Source: Promethearchaeota archaeon (GTDB lineage Archaea; Asgardarchaeota; Lokiarchaeia; Sigyniarchaeales; SOKP01). From it: DNA of 64,000 nucleotides. The position numbers and the translations under genes are program-made. The stretch is taken from assembly GCA_048938855.1 (NCBI GenBank), contig JBHLLT010000001.1, forward strand, positions 160,024 to 224,023, in the 5' to 3' direction. This document shows positions 47,614 through 57,819 of this stretch, piece by piece. The notes under the pieces are model-generated. The model did no database searches. It was not told where the DNA came from and saw only the letters and a list, made by a program, of their open reading frames with translations. Every line of letters begins with the position of its first letter. Position 1 is the stretch's first letter.

Positions 47614-48168
47614 GTGATAGCAATTCAAAATTATATAAAAAAAGATGAACCCATGAGTAAAACTCATTTTAAGTTAATGGAAAAACATTTTAAAAAACGT
47701 GATAATAAATATCCACCATATATGAAAATTGAAAAAACCAAAATTACTAAGGGAAGTATTGTATTAGATTATGGATGTGGTCCTGGTAGTTATTCAATTG
47801 CAGCTGCGGAGGTTGTAGGTAATACCGGTAAAGTCTATGCTGCAGATATTCACCCACTAGCAATAGAATCGGTTAAAAAAAGGGCACAAGAAAAGAATTT
47901 ACAAAATATTGAAACTATATTAACGGATTGTGATACAAAATTAGAAAATGCATCGATTGATGTTGTTTTATTATTGGATATTTATCATGATCTCTCAATT
48001 CCTGAAAGTATCTTAAGAGAACTACATCGTGTTTTAAAAATTGATGGATCACTCTATGTAGATGACCATCATTTTAAAAATGATGAAATAATAGGGAAGA
48101 TAACCAGTACTGGTTTATTTAAATTTATAGAAAGGATAGATGAAGTTTTTAATTTCACAAAATTATAG
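47614..48168 (+). CDS. Class I SAM-dependent methyltransferase (UbiE-like)
   Basis: VLDYGCGPG, VYAADI, SIDVV, ELHRVLK. Start uncertain (GTG 47614 lies inside GAGGTGA; ATT 47623 or ATG 47653 possible). Confidence 0.85.
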   Translation: MIAIQNYIKKDEPMSKTHFKLMEKHFKKRDNKYPPYMKIEKTKITKGSIVLDYGCGPGSYSIAAAEVVGNTGKVYAADIHPLAIESVKKRAQEKNLQNIETILTDCDTKLENASIDVVLLLDIYHDLSIPESILRELHRVLKIDGSLYVDDHHFKNDEIIGKITSTGLFKFIERIDEVFNFTKL

Positions 48169-48188
48169 AAATGCTTAAAAGAAAAGTT

Positions 48189-48797
48189 TTAAGTATCTTT
48201 TTTTTTTCTTACTAATTCTATTAAATCTTGAATATAATAGGCTTTAATACCTGCATTTTTTCCTGTTATGATATCATTTTCTAAATCTCCAAAAAATAGC
48301 ATTTCATTTTTATTTATATTGTAATGATTTTGAATTTTAAGAAGTCCATTTGGCGCAGGTTTCCATTTTCTCACATCTTCTCTTCCAACAATGAAATTTA
48401 TTTTATTATATATTTTTGCATCTTTTAAAGCTTTTATTATAGTATTTCTAGTATTGAGAGAAAGAATTACAATCTTTGTTTCTTCCCTAACGTTAAATAG
48501 TTCCTTATTATTGATGAAAAAAATAGTCTCTTCAATTGGTTCAATATCTTCTAAATTTTTTTGTTCAAATTCTCGAATTATATCAAAAAAGTCTTGTAAG
48601 GTTGCTTCATCTTTCTTTTTAACAATTTCCTCTAAACATGTAGAAATTCTATCTATATTACAGTCTTCTTTATAACGCTCATAATAGTTTTTTACTAGAA
48701 TGTCTCGCAAAATTATCCAATCTGCTTTCAAATTAACTATAGTCCCATCCAAGTCAAAAACTAATACTTTTTTAGTTTCAAATGAAAAACTCTCCAT
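48189..48797 (-). CDS. HAD-superfamily hydrolase
   Basis: FDLDGT, SLN, KPAP, FGDLENDI motifs I-IV. Confidence 0.9.
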   Translation of the reverse strand: MESFSFETKKVLVFDLDGTIVNLKADWIILRDILVKNYYERYKEDCNIDRISTCLEEIVKKKDEATLQDFFDIIREFEQKNLEDIEPIEETIFFINNKELFNVREETKIVILSLNTRNTIIKALKDAKIYNKINFIVGREDVRKWKPAPNGLLKIQNHYNINKNEMLFFGDLENDIITGKNAGIKAYYIQDLIELVRKKKDT

Positions 48798-48940
48798 ATA
48801 ATAATATTTATGATTTGTGAAATATTAAATCTTTAATTCTTTTCTTTTATTTAATCATTTAATAATTTCTTAATATTTATTAACCAAAATTATTAAATCG
48901 TATAATTTTAAAATGAAAGATAAAAAATAGTTAAAAAAAT

Positions 48941-49462
48941 TTACTCAAGAGCATATTTCTTAGTCCAAGCATTTGCCTTTGCCTCAAACTTTTTCTGAGC
49001 TCTAAAATATTGTTCTCCTGCTTCATGATTTAATGGATCTCCCGGATTAAAGAAAGGAGGCTCAACATGCATCATACCTTTTAAAGCCTCGATTATATTA
49101 GTGAGAGTTTTACTCGGAGTCCAACCAGAAGCACCTGTACTAGCATCAACTTTTCCTACTAAATCTGGATTAATTAAATCCAAACAGATATTCAACTTTC
49201 CTGGTGGAATTGAAGAGTCAATATTTGGATGCCACATTAAAGTAACCGCGTATGCGTAAGGAGGAGCAAATGGATAGTTTTCAGGAAATTTAATTTCAAA
49301 TACGAACTTACCGTCGGCGTACGGTGTTCCTTTTTTTCCAATGATAGTTAACCTTAAATGATCAATACTCCTACCCCAGGGTTCTAGGATAACGAGTGGA
49401 TCATTTTTATATGCCTCGATTGCCTCAGTATAGTCTGTTTCTTCTCTGATAATTATCACCAA
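48941..49462 (-). CDS. Ubiquitin-conjugating enzyme E2 (UBC fold)
   Basis: GTPYADGKF, FPENYPFAPP, WHPNI, catalytic ICLD, WTP, PLNHEA. Confidence 0.93.
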   Translation of the reverse strand: MVIIIREETDYTEAIEAYKNDPLVILEPWGRSIDHLRLTIIGKKGTPYADGKFVFEIKFPENYPFAPPYAYAVTLMWHPNIDSSIPPGKLNICLDLINPDLVGKVDASTGASGWTPSKTLTNIIEALKGMMHVEPPFFNPGDPLNHEAGEQYFRAQKKFEAKANAWTKKYALE

Positions 49463-49822
49463 TCTTTTAATTTTGCATTTAAATTGTATATTTATAATTA
49501 TTTAATTTTATAAAATTATAGATTACTATATTAAAAATTTTTCACAACAAAAGAATTTTCGGATTTTTTGTTGTAAAATTTCTGAGTTAATAATCTTATA
49601 AAGTAAACATATTTGAAGTTTTCTTAAAAATAAAGATGAATTATGATGTACACAAAAAATTTAATTCTTTTTTTATGGTTTTCGTCAATTTAGTTTTATC
49701 ATATATTAATCATATTTACCTATAAAAGTATTATTTATCTAAGATTACTTAAATTGTCAAATGTTAGCTAAAAAACGTAAAAATTATATTAATTCTATAA
49801 TTATTAAGTTTTAACTTAAAAA

Positions 49823-49974
49823 CCCCTCTTAACTCAGACTGGAAGAGTGCTCGGCTGTAGATAAAATCGCGTACTAAAGCTTCTTGCTAATGAAGTTACG
49901 TCAGCCGAAACCGAGCGGTCGCTGGATCGAAGTGATTCCTAAAGGAATTCACGATATGCCGGCAGAGGGGACCA
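49823..49974 (+). tRNA. trnY: tRNA-Tyr(GTA) with two introns (37/38: 49861-49909; 59/60: 49932-49957) and encoded CCA
   Basis: Acceptor CCCCTCT/AGAGGGG + A + CCA; D stem ACTC/GAGT; anticodon stem CTCGG/CCGAG with CT-GTA-G; T stem GCTGG/CCGGC; poly-T follows. Confidence 0.88.
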
Positions 49975-50012
49975 TTTTTTCTAAATCATTAATATAAAAT
50001 TTGATAAAAATA

Positions 50013-51947
50013 TTAGGATCTACACTTGATTCTTCGACGAATTGAGTAGTTTTTGAGTAAAAAAATTATAAAAATTAGACAAAAAATGATTTGACTTATA
50101 TTATAACCAGAAATAGATGGAATTTCTTCTAAGTGTAGATATAGATAAGTATTATATGGCGAATTTAATTGGACTATTACCTCATCGCTATATTCTAATT
50201 TAACTTTTACAGGTTTGCTATTAAATGACAATTCAATAGTTGTAGTACTATTAATCCATATCCACCCATTAAAAATGATTTCATGATTATCTTCAATTAT
50301 AAATTGAACTTGTTGTGAGTAAGCATAGCTATTTAACGGCTCATTAAGATCTTTTATTGTAATTGATATCGAAGTTTGGTTATTGTTTAAAAATTTATAA
50401 TTACCACTATATTTGGGAAGATAAAAATTATCAAACCATGGTAAAAAGAACCAATTTAGCGAAAATCCCGATATAATTTCCATAGCTTGTTGCAAATCTG
50501 TTAAAAACGCGATTTGAAACATGTTATTGGAGAAGAACTGCCTTAATCCATCAAGGAAATATGAACTTCCAATGGTTTTTCGTAATTTTTCAAATATTAA
50601 GGGACATTTATAATAAGCAATATACCAATAATCCATTCCTATATCAATACATTCATAAACAGAACTATTTATTTTTGCGGGTAATCCATTTGTCATATGG
50701 TAAATTCTTACAAGATCGATATATGGAGAACTTTGAAAATATTCCCAATTGTTGTAGAATACTTCTGCATAATAATCTGTTGACCAACAAGCAAGACCCT
50801 CATCTAAAAAACCACAATCGACTTCATCATTTCCTACTAAATTATACCACCACTGATGTCCAATTTCATGGACAATAACTTTTTCTAAAAATAAAGAAGG
50901 GTTTGACAAATTAACAGCAGATGCACTAATATAAACCTGGCAAGGATATTCCATTCCTCCAAAATGCGTGTATTCTTCAACAATATTTAACGTAGGATAG
51001 GGGTATTCACCAAAAGTATCATTAAATAACGTAAAAGCTTGTTTACTAAAATTTAATGCATTCACTTGCCACAAAAACTCAGAGTTTGGTAAATAATAAG
51101 TGGAGACATTAACGCCATTTATCAATGTAGATTCTTTATTAAACCCTTTTGAAGCTGAAAATGTTATTTCCCTTACAGGATACAATGGATCGAAATGATA
51201 AACGTTTGTTAATATTTTATTTTGTTTTTCTATTAATTGTCCCGTAGCAGCAATTACAAAATCTTTAGGAGCTTCAATAAAAATATTATAGTAAGCCATA
51301 TCATAATAGAAAGGATCTCCATCTGCTAAATAGGGATCTGTATTCCATCCATCATACTTATCATAGACACAAGGCATAGGATAAAAGCAGGCAAATTTGT
51401 AGATTCTATTATTACCCGAGCCATAGGAATTAGACCTGTCGATACCTCCATCCGGGATAATAGAAGTGAATTCGATATTAAAAAGCGTTCTATTATTAGG
51501 ATTTATTTCTGACTCAAGTGTTACCCATAAAAGTTGAGCTATTTCGTCAACTTCAAAATTGAGATGAGATTTAGGTTCATTCATGGTTGTTACATTTAAT
51601 ATCTCAATACTTCCTTGTCTAGAATGATATTGCATATCTGATAAAAAAAGATGGAAGGGTATTCTAGTAAAATTTAGAGGATCATTGTTATAGTAATTCA
51701 CGGTTAGATTGCCTGTTACACTTGAGGCTGAATCATCAAATATTAATGAGAGGTTATATCGAGAGAACTCTCCTCCATTTGAAGCTAATTTTTGATTATA
51801 AGTTACTCCAAATTTATTTTTATGATTTTCAGAAACATTATCAGTAGTTGTTATTGCAATTTTTTCTATATTTAAGACACAATTAAAGCCTAAAAAAAGA
51901 AGTATTATTAAAACAAGTGCAGGAAATTTGCTATTAATATTAGGCAC
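50013..51947 (-). CDS. Secreted, membrane-anchored M1-family metallo-aminopeptidase
   Basis: N-terminal signal, GGMEY, HEIGH...LDEG zinc motif; C-terminal ISGYN + TM + basic tail resembling a Loki-CTERM sorting signal. Confidence 0.88.
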   Translation of the reverse strand: MPNINSKFPALVLIILLFLGFNCVLNIEKIAITTTDNVSENHKNKFGVTYNQKLASNGGEFSRYNLSLIFDDSASSVTGNLTVNYYNNDPLNFTRIPFHLFLSDMQYHSRQGSIEILNVTTMNEPKSHLNFEVDEIAQLLWVTLESEINPNNRTLFNIEFTSIIPDGGIDRSNSYGSGNNRIYKFACFYPMPCVYDKYDGWNTDPYLADGDPFYYDMAYYNIFIEAPKDFVIAATGQLIEKQNKILTNVYHFDPLYPVREITFSASKGFNKESTLINGVNVSTYYLPNSEFLWQVNALNFSKQAFTLFNDTFGEYPYPTLNIVEEYTHFGGMEYPCQVYISASAVNLSNPSLFLEKVIVHEIGHQWWYNLVGNDEVDCGFLDEGLACWSTDYYAEVFYNNWEYFQSSPYIDLVRIYHMTNGLPAKINSSVYECIDIGMDYWYIAYYKCPLIFEKLRKTIGSSYFLDGLRQFFSNNMFQIAFLTDLQQAMEIISGFSLNWFFLPWFDNFYLPKYSGNYKFLNNNQTSISITIKDLNEPLNSYAYSQQVQFIIEDNHEIIFNGWIWINSTTTIELSFNSKPVKVKLEYSDEVIVQLNSPYNTYLYLHLEEIPSISGYNISQIIFCLIFIIFLLKNYSIRRRIKCRS

Positions 51948-52231
51948 GTAACCTTATATTTTTTAATTGTTATATTTTTAATTTTTTCATATTTAAAATT
52001 AAATTCAATTTAAGCTTCATGTTAGATTATTCTTACAAGTAAATTATAATCAATAATGAAGTGGTTTTAATAACCATTTTAGTTGAAAATAAATTATAAA
52101 TCCTTTATCAGACTTCGCAAACTTCTTATTTATAAGCTCATTTTTTTAATTATAAAAAAGGATAAAATAATAATATTTTAAATTATAGAGAACTACAGAT
52201 CAACAGAATTGATTGCGGAGAGAGAAGCAAA

Positions 52232-52663
52232 ATGGGAAAAAAGGAAAATAACCTTGATCAACATGAATTAGAAAAGATTAGAATGAAAAAAATGCAAGCT
52301 TTCATGGAAGCAAAAAAAAGACAGGAATCTGTCCAAGAAAGCGTAATTTCGGTTTCTGATAAGATTGATTACGTATTAAAAGTTGTGCTTGCTCCAGATG
52401 CTTATAATCATTTAAATAATTTAAAGAAAAATGAGCAATATGTTTATCAAGCAATATACAACGAACTAATAAGTCCTGATGTTGTTCAGAATATAGACTA
52501 TTTGTTAGCAATAATCAGAAGTAGAGGAGGTGTTCCAAGACAAATTCCTCTTGATGCTATTATATACTTAGAGCGAAAAGTGAAAGGGATAAGAAGTAAG
52601 ATACAAGTAAAACGAGGAGATGATATGATGGACTTAAGCTCTTTTTTAACTAAAGATAAATAA
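52232..52663 (+). CDS. PDCD5-like DNA-binding protein
   Basis: ELEKIRMKKM, LKVVLAPDAYNHLNNL, C-terminal KIQVKR pattern. Confidence 0.7.
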   Translation: MGKKENNLDQHELEKIRMKKMQAFMEAKKRQESVQESVISVSDKIDYVLKVVLAPDAYNHLNNLKKNEQYVYQAIYNELISPDVVQNIDYLLAIIRSRGGVPRQIPLDAIIYLERKVKGIRSKIQVKRGDDMMDLSSFLTKDK

Positions 52664-52669
52664 TTAAAA

Positions 52670-53224
52670 TTACTGTTCTCTTCCAGAAATAATGGCTAAT
52701 ACTTCCCATTCATTATTAGGAAGATGATTTGCCGAGATATCAAAAAATTGAAAAGCAAAAGGTCTCTCAAATATCTGTTCGACCATAAAACCGAATGAAC
52801 TTATTGTAAATATAAAAATTCTTTTCAGAATAGATTCAGTATTTGTATTAATTTTCAAATTTCGGATTACATCTTCCACCACTTTTACTTCCTTATCGTT
52901 ATAATGATATTTAAAGATTAATTTAAAGTCAACTGGGGTTGGAGCTTCTGGCTCCGAGAATGATAATCCTCTCTTTCTGAAATGAAAAAAAGTATTTAAA
53001 TAAAATGTAAAGATTTCCTCATGATGATCTTTTAAGAGATGAGAAATACGGGAACGTTCTTTGTATGTAGGCCAGTAATTCTGCATTAATTCTAAAAGCC
53101 GAGGATAATTTTTATATTTATTTTCACTCTCTTTTTTTAAATAATTGAGTAATTGGTTTTTAAGTGGTTTGAATTCAGATTGTTCACCGACTCTTGTAAT
53201 GAATTTTCGGAAATTTTGGCTCAT
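52670..53224 (-). CDS. Hypothetical protein
   Basis: 184-aa ORF with ATG start filling the gap between genes; no recognised motif. Confidence 0.6.
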   Translation of the reverse strand: MSQNFRKFITRVGEQSEFKPLKNQLLNYLKKESENKYKNYPRLLELMQNYWPTYKERSRISHLLKDHHEEIFTFYLNTFFHFRKRGLSFSEPEAPTPVDFKLIFKYHYNDKEVKVVEDVIRNLKINTNTESILKRIFIFTISSFGFMVEQIFERPFAFQFFDISANHLPNNEWEVLAIISGREQ

Positions 53225-53420
53225 TCTCTTAGGATGATAGATAATTTTATATGAATTACCTATTACTTATTTTTTTTTTAATATGATATTTTGATAATAC
53301 AAGTTCTCATATTTATTACTACTTTTTTTCCAAATTTATCAAATATTAACTAGAAAATTAAAAGAGATTTATAATTTAGATTAATATAATTATTAGGATA
53401 TCTACATTCTGATTTTTGCT

Positions 53421-54614
53421 ATGGTTGATAAAGTTGGATTAGTTTATACGGAAGATTACCAGACATATAATTTTGGCAAAGATCACCCTTTAAGGCCATT
53501 AAGACTTAAATTAACCTATAGTTTAATGGAAAAACTGGGCTTATTAAAACACGACAGACTTACGATTATGGAACCAAAGCCAGCCACACAACAAGAAATT
53601 GAAAGAGTACATTCATCGGAGTATGTGGAAGTGGTAAAAAAGTTGAGTTTTAATCCAAATGATAACAGTATCATTCCATATCGTTACGGCCTTGGCCCAG
53701 GAGATAATCCCATTTTTAAGGGAATGTATGAAGCATCTGCTATGGTATGTGGAGCATCTATTACTGCCGCTGAAGCAGTATGGAATGAAGAAGATTTTAA
53801 AATCGCTTTTAATCCAGCAGGGGGATTACATCATGCTATGAAAGATCATGCTTCAGGTTTTTGCATCTTTAATGATATTGGAGTGGCTATACATCATCTT
53901 AAAAATTTAAAAGAGGATATTAGAATAGCTTATTTAGACATCGATTGCCATCACGGCGATGGTGTTCAATGGTTATTTTATGATGATCCAAACGTATTAA
54001 CAATTTCTTATCATGAAGATGGAAGATTTCTTTTTCCTGGAACAGGATCTATTAGCGAAGTCGGCAATAGGAATGGAAAAGGATATTCTATTAACTTCCC
54101 TTTACTCCCTGGAACCTATAATAAACCATTTATTAATCTTTTCAGAAAGACAGCACCAAAATTATTAGAAGCGTATGCTCCAGATATATTAATTACCCAA
54201 CTCGGAGTAGATACCTATTTTGATGATCCATTGACTCAAATGGGTTTTTCTTTAGCTGCTTATAGAGATATCGCTCAAACAATGAAAACTTCTGCTCGTG
54301 AATATTGTCAAAACAAATGGTTAGCGGTAGGTGGTGGTGGGTATTTAATGACCACTGTTCCAAGAGCTTGGACTATTTTCTTAGCCAGAATGCTTGATGT
54401 AGAGTTAAAAAACGAATTACCAGACAGCTGGATAAAGGAAGTCAAAGAAAGTGCCCCTTATGAAGATACACCTTATTTATTATGGGATAGAGGGGAAAAA
54501 GTAGAAGTACAGATGCTCTCTCACCCTGAAATAGCAAAAAAAATTATTGATTATACAAAAACACTTATAAAAATATCAGAAGAGAAATTTCTACCTAATT
54601 TAAGCAAAACCTAA
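53421..54614 (+). CDS. Zn-dependent deacetylase, AcuC / class I HDAC-like
   Basis: HPLRPLR, GGLHHA, SGFCIFND, DIDCHHGDGVQ, FPGTG, QLGVD...DPL, GGGGY. Confidence 0.92.
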   Translation: MVDKVGLVYTEDYQTYNFGKDHPLRPLRLKLTYSLMEKLGLLKHDRLTIMEPKPATQQEIERVHSSEYVEVVKKLSFNPNDNSIIPYRYGLGPGDNPIFKGMYEASAMVCGASITAAEAVWNEEDFKIAFNPAGGLHHAMKDHASGFCIFNDIGVAIHHLKNLKEDIRIAYLDIDCHHGDGVQWLFYDDPNVLTISYHEDGRFLFPGTGSISEVGNRNGKGYSINFPLLPGTYNKPFINLFRKTAPKLLEAYAPDILITQLGVDTYFDDPLTQMGFSLAAYRDIAQTMKTSAREYCQNKWLAVGGGGYLMTTVPRAWTIFLARMLDVELKNELPDSWIKEVKESAPYEDTPYLLWDRGEKVEVQMLSHPEIAKKIIDYTKTLIKISEEKFLPNLSKT

Positions 54615-54752
54615 TAATATCAAATTATCATCTGGCTAAGGATGGAATATATTACTTGTATTAATGATTTAATAATTCTTTAAACTGTTCATATTTATTT
54701 TCAAGGCTAATTTTTTAATATCCAAGATAAAGATCTAAATTTTACCAATGAA

Positions 54753-55604
54753 ATGACGAATCTTTTATCTGCTTATAATGCGAAATCAGAATCTTTTTAC
54801 CATAAAGCTATAAAAAGATTACTTTTAAAGTTCATTTCAGAGAGCAATAAAAGAATTATCGAAAAATCACTTGAGAAATACATTAATAATAGAAGGGCTG
54901 ATGTTTATTTTAAATTAAATTCTGGGGAAGAAATAGTTATCGAAGTTCAAAGTTCAAAGATATCTGTAAAAGAGATAATTGAACGAACTGAGCACTATAA
55001 TAATGCGGGAATATATGTGCTATGGGTTCTCTATGGAAATGGAACCTGTGTTGCTTCACCCAAATCTGCTGTAGATAAAAAAGATATTAAAATCAGTACT
55101 GTTGAGAATTTCCTATTTAAAATGCTTGGGGGTAGAGTATAATATGTCAATTTGAAGTTCTATGATGATAAAATTACAATCTCACCTCCTTTTGCTCTAT
55201 ATTTCTCTTATTCGTCAAGCAAAAAGAATCACAGAACTTTTCGAACAAAATATGAAAATTATTATATAAAAAATGTTAATTATGGCAAAATTTCCAGCTG
55301 GAATATACTTTGTGTAGAATACAACAGCTATAAATTGGCAAGATTTTATGATAGAAACATCAAAAGAATTTTGAAAGAAAAAATCAGCGTTTTTTACCAT
55401 ATTACATCAGAGAATCATAAATCTGAAAAAAAATTATTTAAATCCATTTGTAACAATTTTAAAAAGAAATTCGGGATTTATTTGATTTTAATTGCAATTT
55501 TTGAACTTAACCAAGAAAAACAGATTAGATTTAATCAGAAAATTATTAAAAAAATTAGAAGAAAATTATCCCCTCAATTAGGCCCATCATCCCAAATCGG
55601 ATAA
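54753..55604 (+). pseudogene. CoiA-like PD-(D/E)xK nuclease interrupted by an in-frame TAA at 55140-55142
   Basis: ESFYHK...RRADV...IEVQSS...ERTEHY...VLWV. The 54753 and 55152 ORFs share a frame and read GGRV*YVNLKF. Confidence 0.7.
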
Positions 55605-56560
55605 TAATCATAACTTCCTGTACTTCCTGAAATTAAATAAGGAGTATCCCCAATCCCATCATCATCTGCGTCTACACCGGAATAATCCGACCAGAAATTA
55701 CCAATATCGGTAAAATTCCATTGATTATTTGTCCCAGATCCCTCAAAAGCGTTTATCATATTATTAACAAATTCATTTAGACAAATCAAATTTCGAGTAC
55801 TAGCACGTATATACATTCCATAATAATTATTACTTTTCAAAATATTTTGAGTAATTTGAAAGTCGGCAACCAAATAAAGATTTAGCCCCACTGTATTATT
55901 ATTTATATTGTTATAATAAATCCATGAATAATTACTGAATCTCTGTGCAATCGCAAAGCAATTAAAGTTTAATGTGTTATTACAAATAGCAATTCCGCCA
56001 CTCTCTGTTATATTAATTCCAGAATTTATATTGTTAAGAATGAGGTTCTCTGAAATATTAGTAAATCCACACTTTTCAATATGAATACCAATTTCATTAT
56101 AGTGTATTCTATTTTCAAATAAATAACTTTGCTCACAATTATCTAGCTTTACTCCTTGAGAATTATTAAATATATCATTATTTAGTATCTCACAATTATG
56201 CACATTGACTAACCATATTCCACCATATAAAGCATTAAACATCTTACAATTTTGAATCGTGAAATAAACGTTAGAATTTTTTATTAAAATACAACTTTCA
56301 GAACCATTAGCGTCAAGAATTAAGTTTTCTATAATATAAGGATCTGCTAATGTGCCTGATCCTTGACACCAAGGCTGTGTACTTGCCCAATTCCAATTAT
56401 TTGTACCACTTCCATCGATATAAATTGGAATTTCCCTATTCTCCACCCCATTTTCACCATTCTCTTCATTAAAAATTACAAAATAAGTTGAAATTCCTAA
56501 AAATATAAAACTCATCACTATTATTGATACACTTATGATAAATTTTGTTTTAGATTTCAT
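55574..56560 (-). CDS. Membrane-anchored right-handed beta-helix (NosD/pectin-lyase-like) protein, copy 1
   Basis: N-terminal TM, PWCQGSGT..DPYIIENL, Asn/Gly-Ile repeats, GNFWSDY.G.D....GIGDTPY. MKSK start chosen to match the paralog. Confidence 0.85.
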   Translation of the reverse strand: MKSKTKFIISVSIIVMSFIFLGISTYFVIFNEENGENGVENREIPIYIDGSGTNNWNWASTQPWCQGSGTLADPYIIENLILDANGSESCILIKNSNVYFTIQNCKMFNALYGGIWLVNVHNCEILNNDIFNNSQGVKLDNCEQSYLFENRIHYNEIGIHIEKCGFTNISENLILNNINSGINITESGGIAICNNTLNFNCFAIAQRFSNYSWIYYNNINNNTVGLNLYLVADFQITQNILKSNNYYGMYIRASTRNLICLNEFVNNMINAFEGSGTNNQWNFTDIGNFWSDYSGVDADDDGIGDTPYLISGSTGSYDYYPIWDDGPN

Positions 56561-56677
56561 TTTAATCACTAGATTCTTTTCCCTCAATACTTTAATCTAA
56601 ATAACCTATTTATAATTTATGTTGCTTAAAACCAAATGTCACTAAAAACTGAATTTTTAATAAATTAGCCAAGTTTT

Positions 56678-56848
56678 ATGCTACACTCTATTTGTAATAA
56701 TTTTAAAAATAAATATGGAATTATCTTGATACTAATTGCGATTTATGAACTATATCAAGAAAAAAGAATTAGGTTTAATCAGAAAATTATAAAAATAATC
56801 AAGAGAAAATTTCCACCTCAACCAGGACCATCATCCCAAATCGGATAA
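56678..56848 (+). pseudogene. Duplicated C-terminal fragment (56 codons) of the CoiA-like gene
   Basis: MLHSICNNFKNKYGIILILIAIYELYQEKRIRFNQKIIKIIKRKFPPQPGPSSQIG matches ...SICNNFKKKFGIYLILIAIFELNQEKQIRFNQKIIKKIRRKLSPQLGPSSQIG. Confidence 0.8.
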
Positions 56849-57819
56849 TAGTCCATACTTCCTCCAGCAGGAGGGACATCATATGGAGTATCTCCAATAC
56901 CATTATCATCTGCGTCTACACCAGAATAATCTGACCAAAAATTACCTGTGTTATCATATGCAAAATACCATTGATTATTTGTTCCTAATTCATCAATAGC
57001 ATTTATTCCATTTTCAATAAAATCATTATTAAAAATCAGATTATGACTACTATACCTAAGACTAAACCCCCACACACTATTGTTATTTAAATAATTATCT
57101 GAAATCTGAGAATTAGTCTCGTAATCAAGAAATAAACCAGCTATATTATTATATATTACGCTATCATATATTACTGTATAATTACATAATTTCTGAGAGA
57201 TCCCAAACATATTCAAACTCATATTATTACGATGAAAACAATTAGAATAACTACGTGATGCATTAATTCCTGAAATATAATTACCAAATAGGTTATTATA
57301 TGAAATATTATGGTAATTACTCCTTTCTATTAAAATCCCATTTTCATTATTGTAAATAACATTTCCGAGAACATAGTTATGTTCACAATACTCCATTCTT
57401 ATGCCTTCAAAATTATTATAAATAGCATTCTCAAAAATATCGCAATAATCCACATTGAATAAATCAATACCTGCGTAAGAAGCATTGAAAAGAGTACAAT
57501 TCATGATTATCACTCTAACACTAGAATCTCTTATCCTGATACAACTTTCAGAACCATTAGCGTCAAGAATTAAGTTTTCAATAATATAAGGATCCTCAGA
57601 TGTGCCTGAACCTTGACACCAAGGCTGTGTACTTGCCCAATTCCAATTATTTGTACCATTTCCATCGATAAAAATTGGAATACCGGCATTATTCCCTCCA
57701 TTTCCCCCACCATTATTGTCCTCCTGATTGAGGATTAAAAAAAATGTCGAAATGCCTAATAATGCTAAATTTATCACTAAAGTTATGAGACTTAGAAATA
57801 ATTTTGTTTTAGATTTCAT
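56818..57819 (-). CDS. Membrane-anchored beta-helix (NosD-like) protein, copy 2
   Basis: Paralog of 55574..56560 with identical NNWNWASTQPWCQGSGT and YYPIWDDGP segments. Confidence 0.85.
   Translation of the reverse strand: MKSKTKLFLSLITLVINLALLGISTFFLILNQEDNNGGGNGGNNAGIPIFIDGNGTNNWNWASTQPWCQGSGTSEDPYIIENLILDANGSESCIRIRDSSVRVIIMNCTLFNASYAGIDLFNVDYCDIFENAIYNNFEGIRMEYCEHNYVLGNVIYNNENGILIERSNYHNISYNNLFGNYISGINASRSYSNCFHRNNMSLNMFGISQKLCNYTVIYDSVIYNNIAGLFLDYETNSQISDNYLNNNSVWGFSLRYSSHNLIFNNDFIENGINAIDELGTNNQWYFAYDNTGNFWSDYSGVDADDNGIGDTPYDVPPAGGSMDYYPIWDDGPG

Noticed and set aside
52232-54614. Functional link between the PDCD5-like and HDAC-like genes
   Set aside because: They are separated by an opposite-strand gene and both families are widespread; proximity alone is not evidence.
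55140-55142. Selenocysteine or pyrrolysine recoding of the internal stop
   Set aside because: The codon is TAA, not TGA or TAG, and TAA terminates many genes here.
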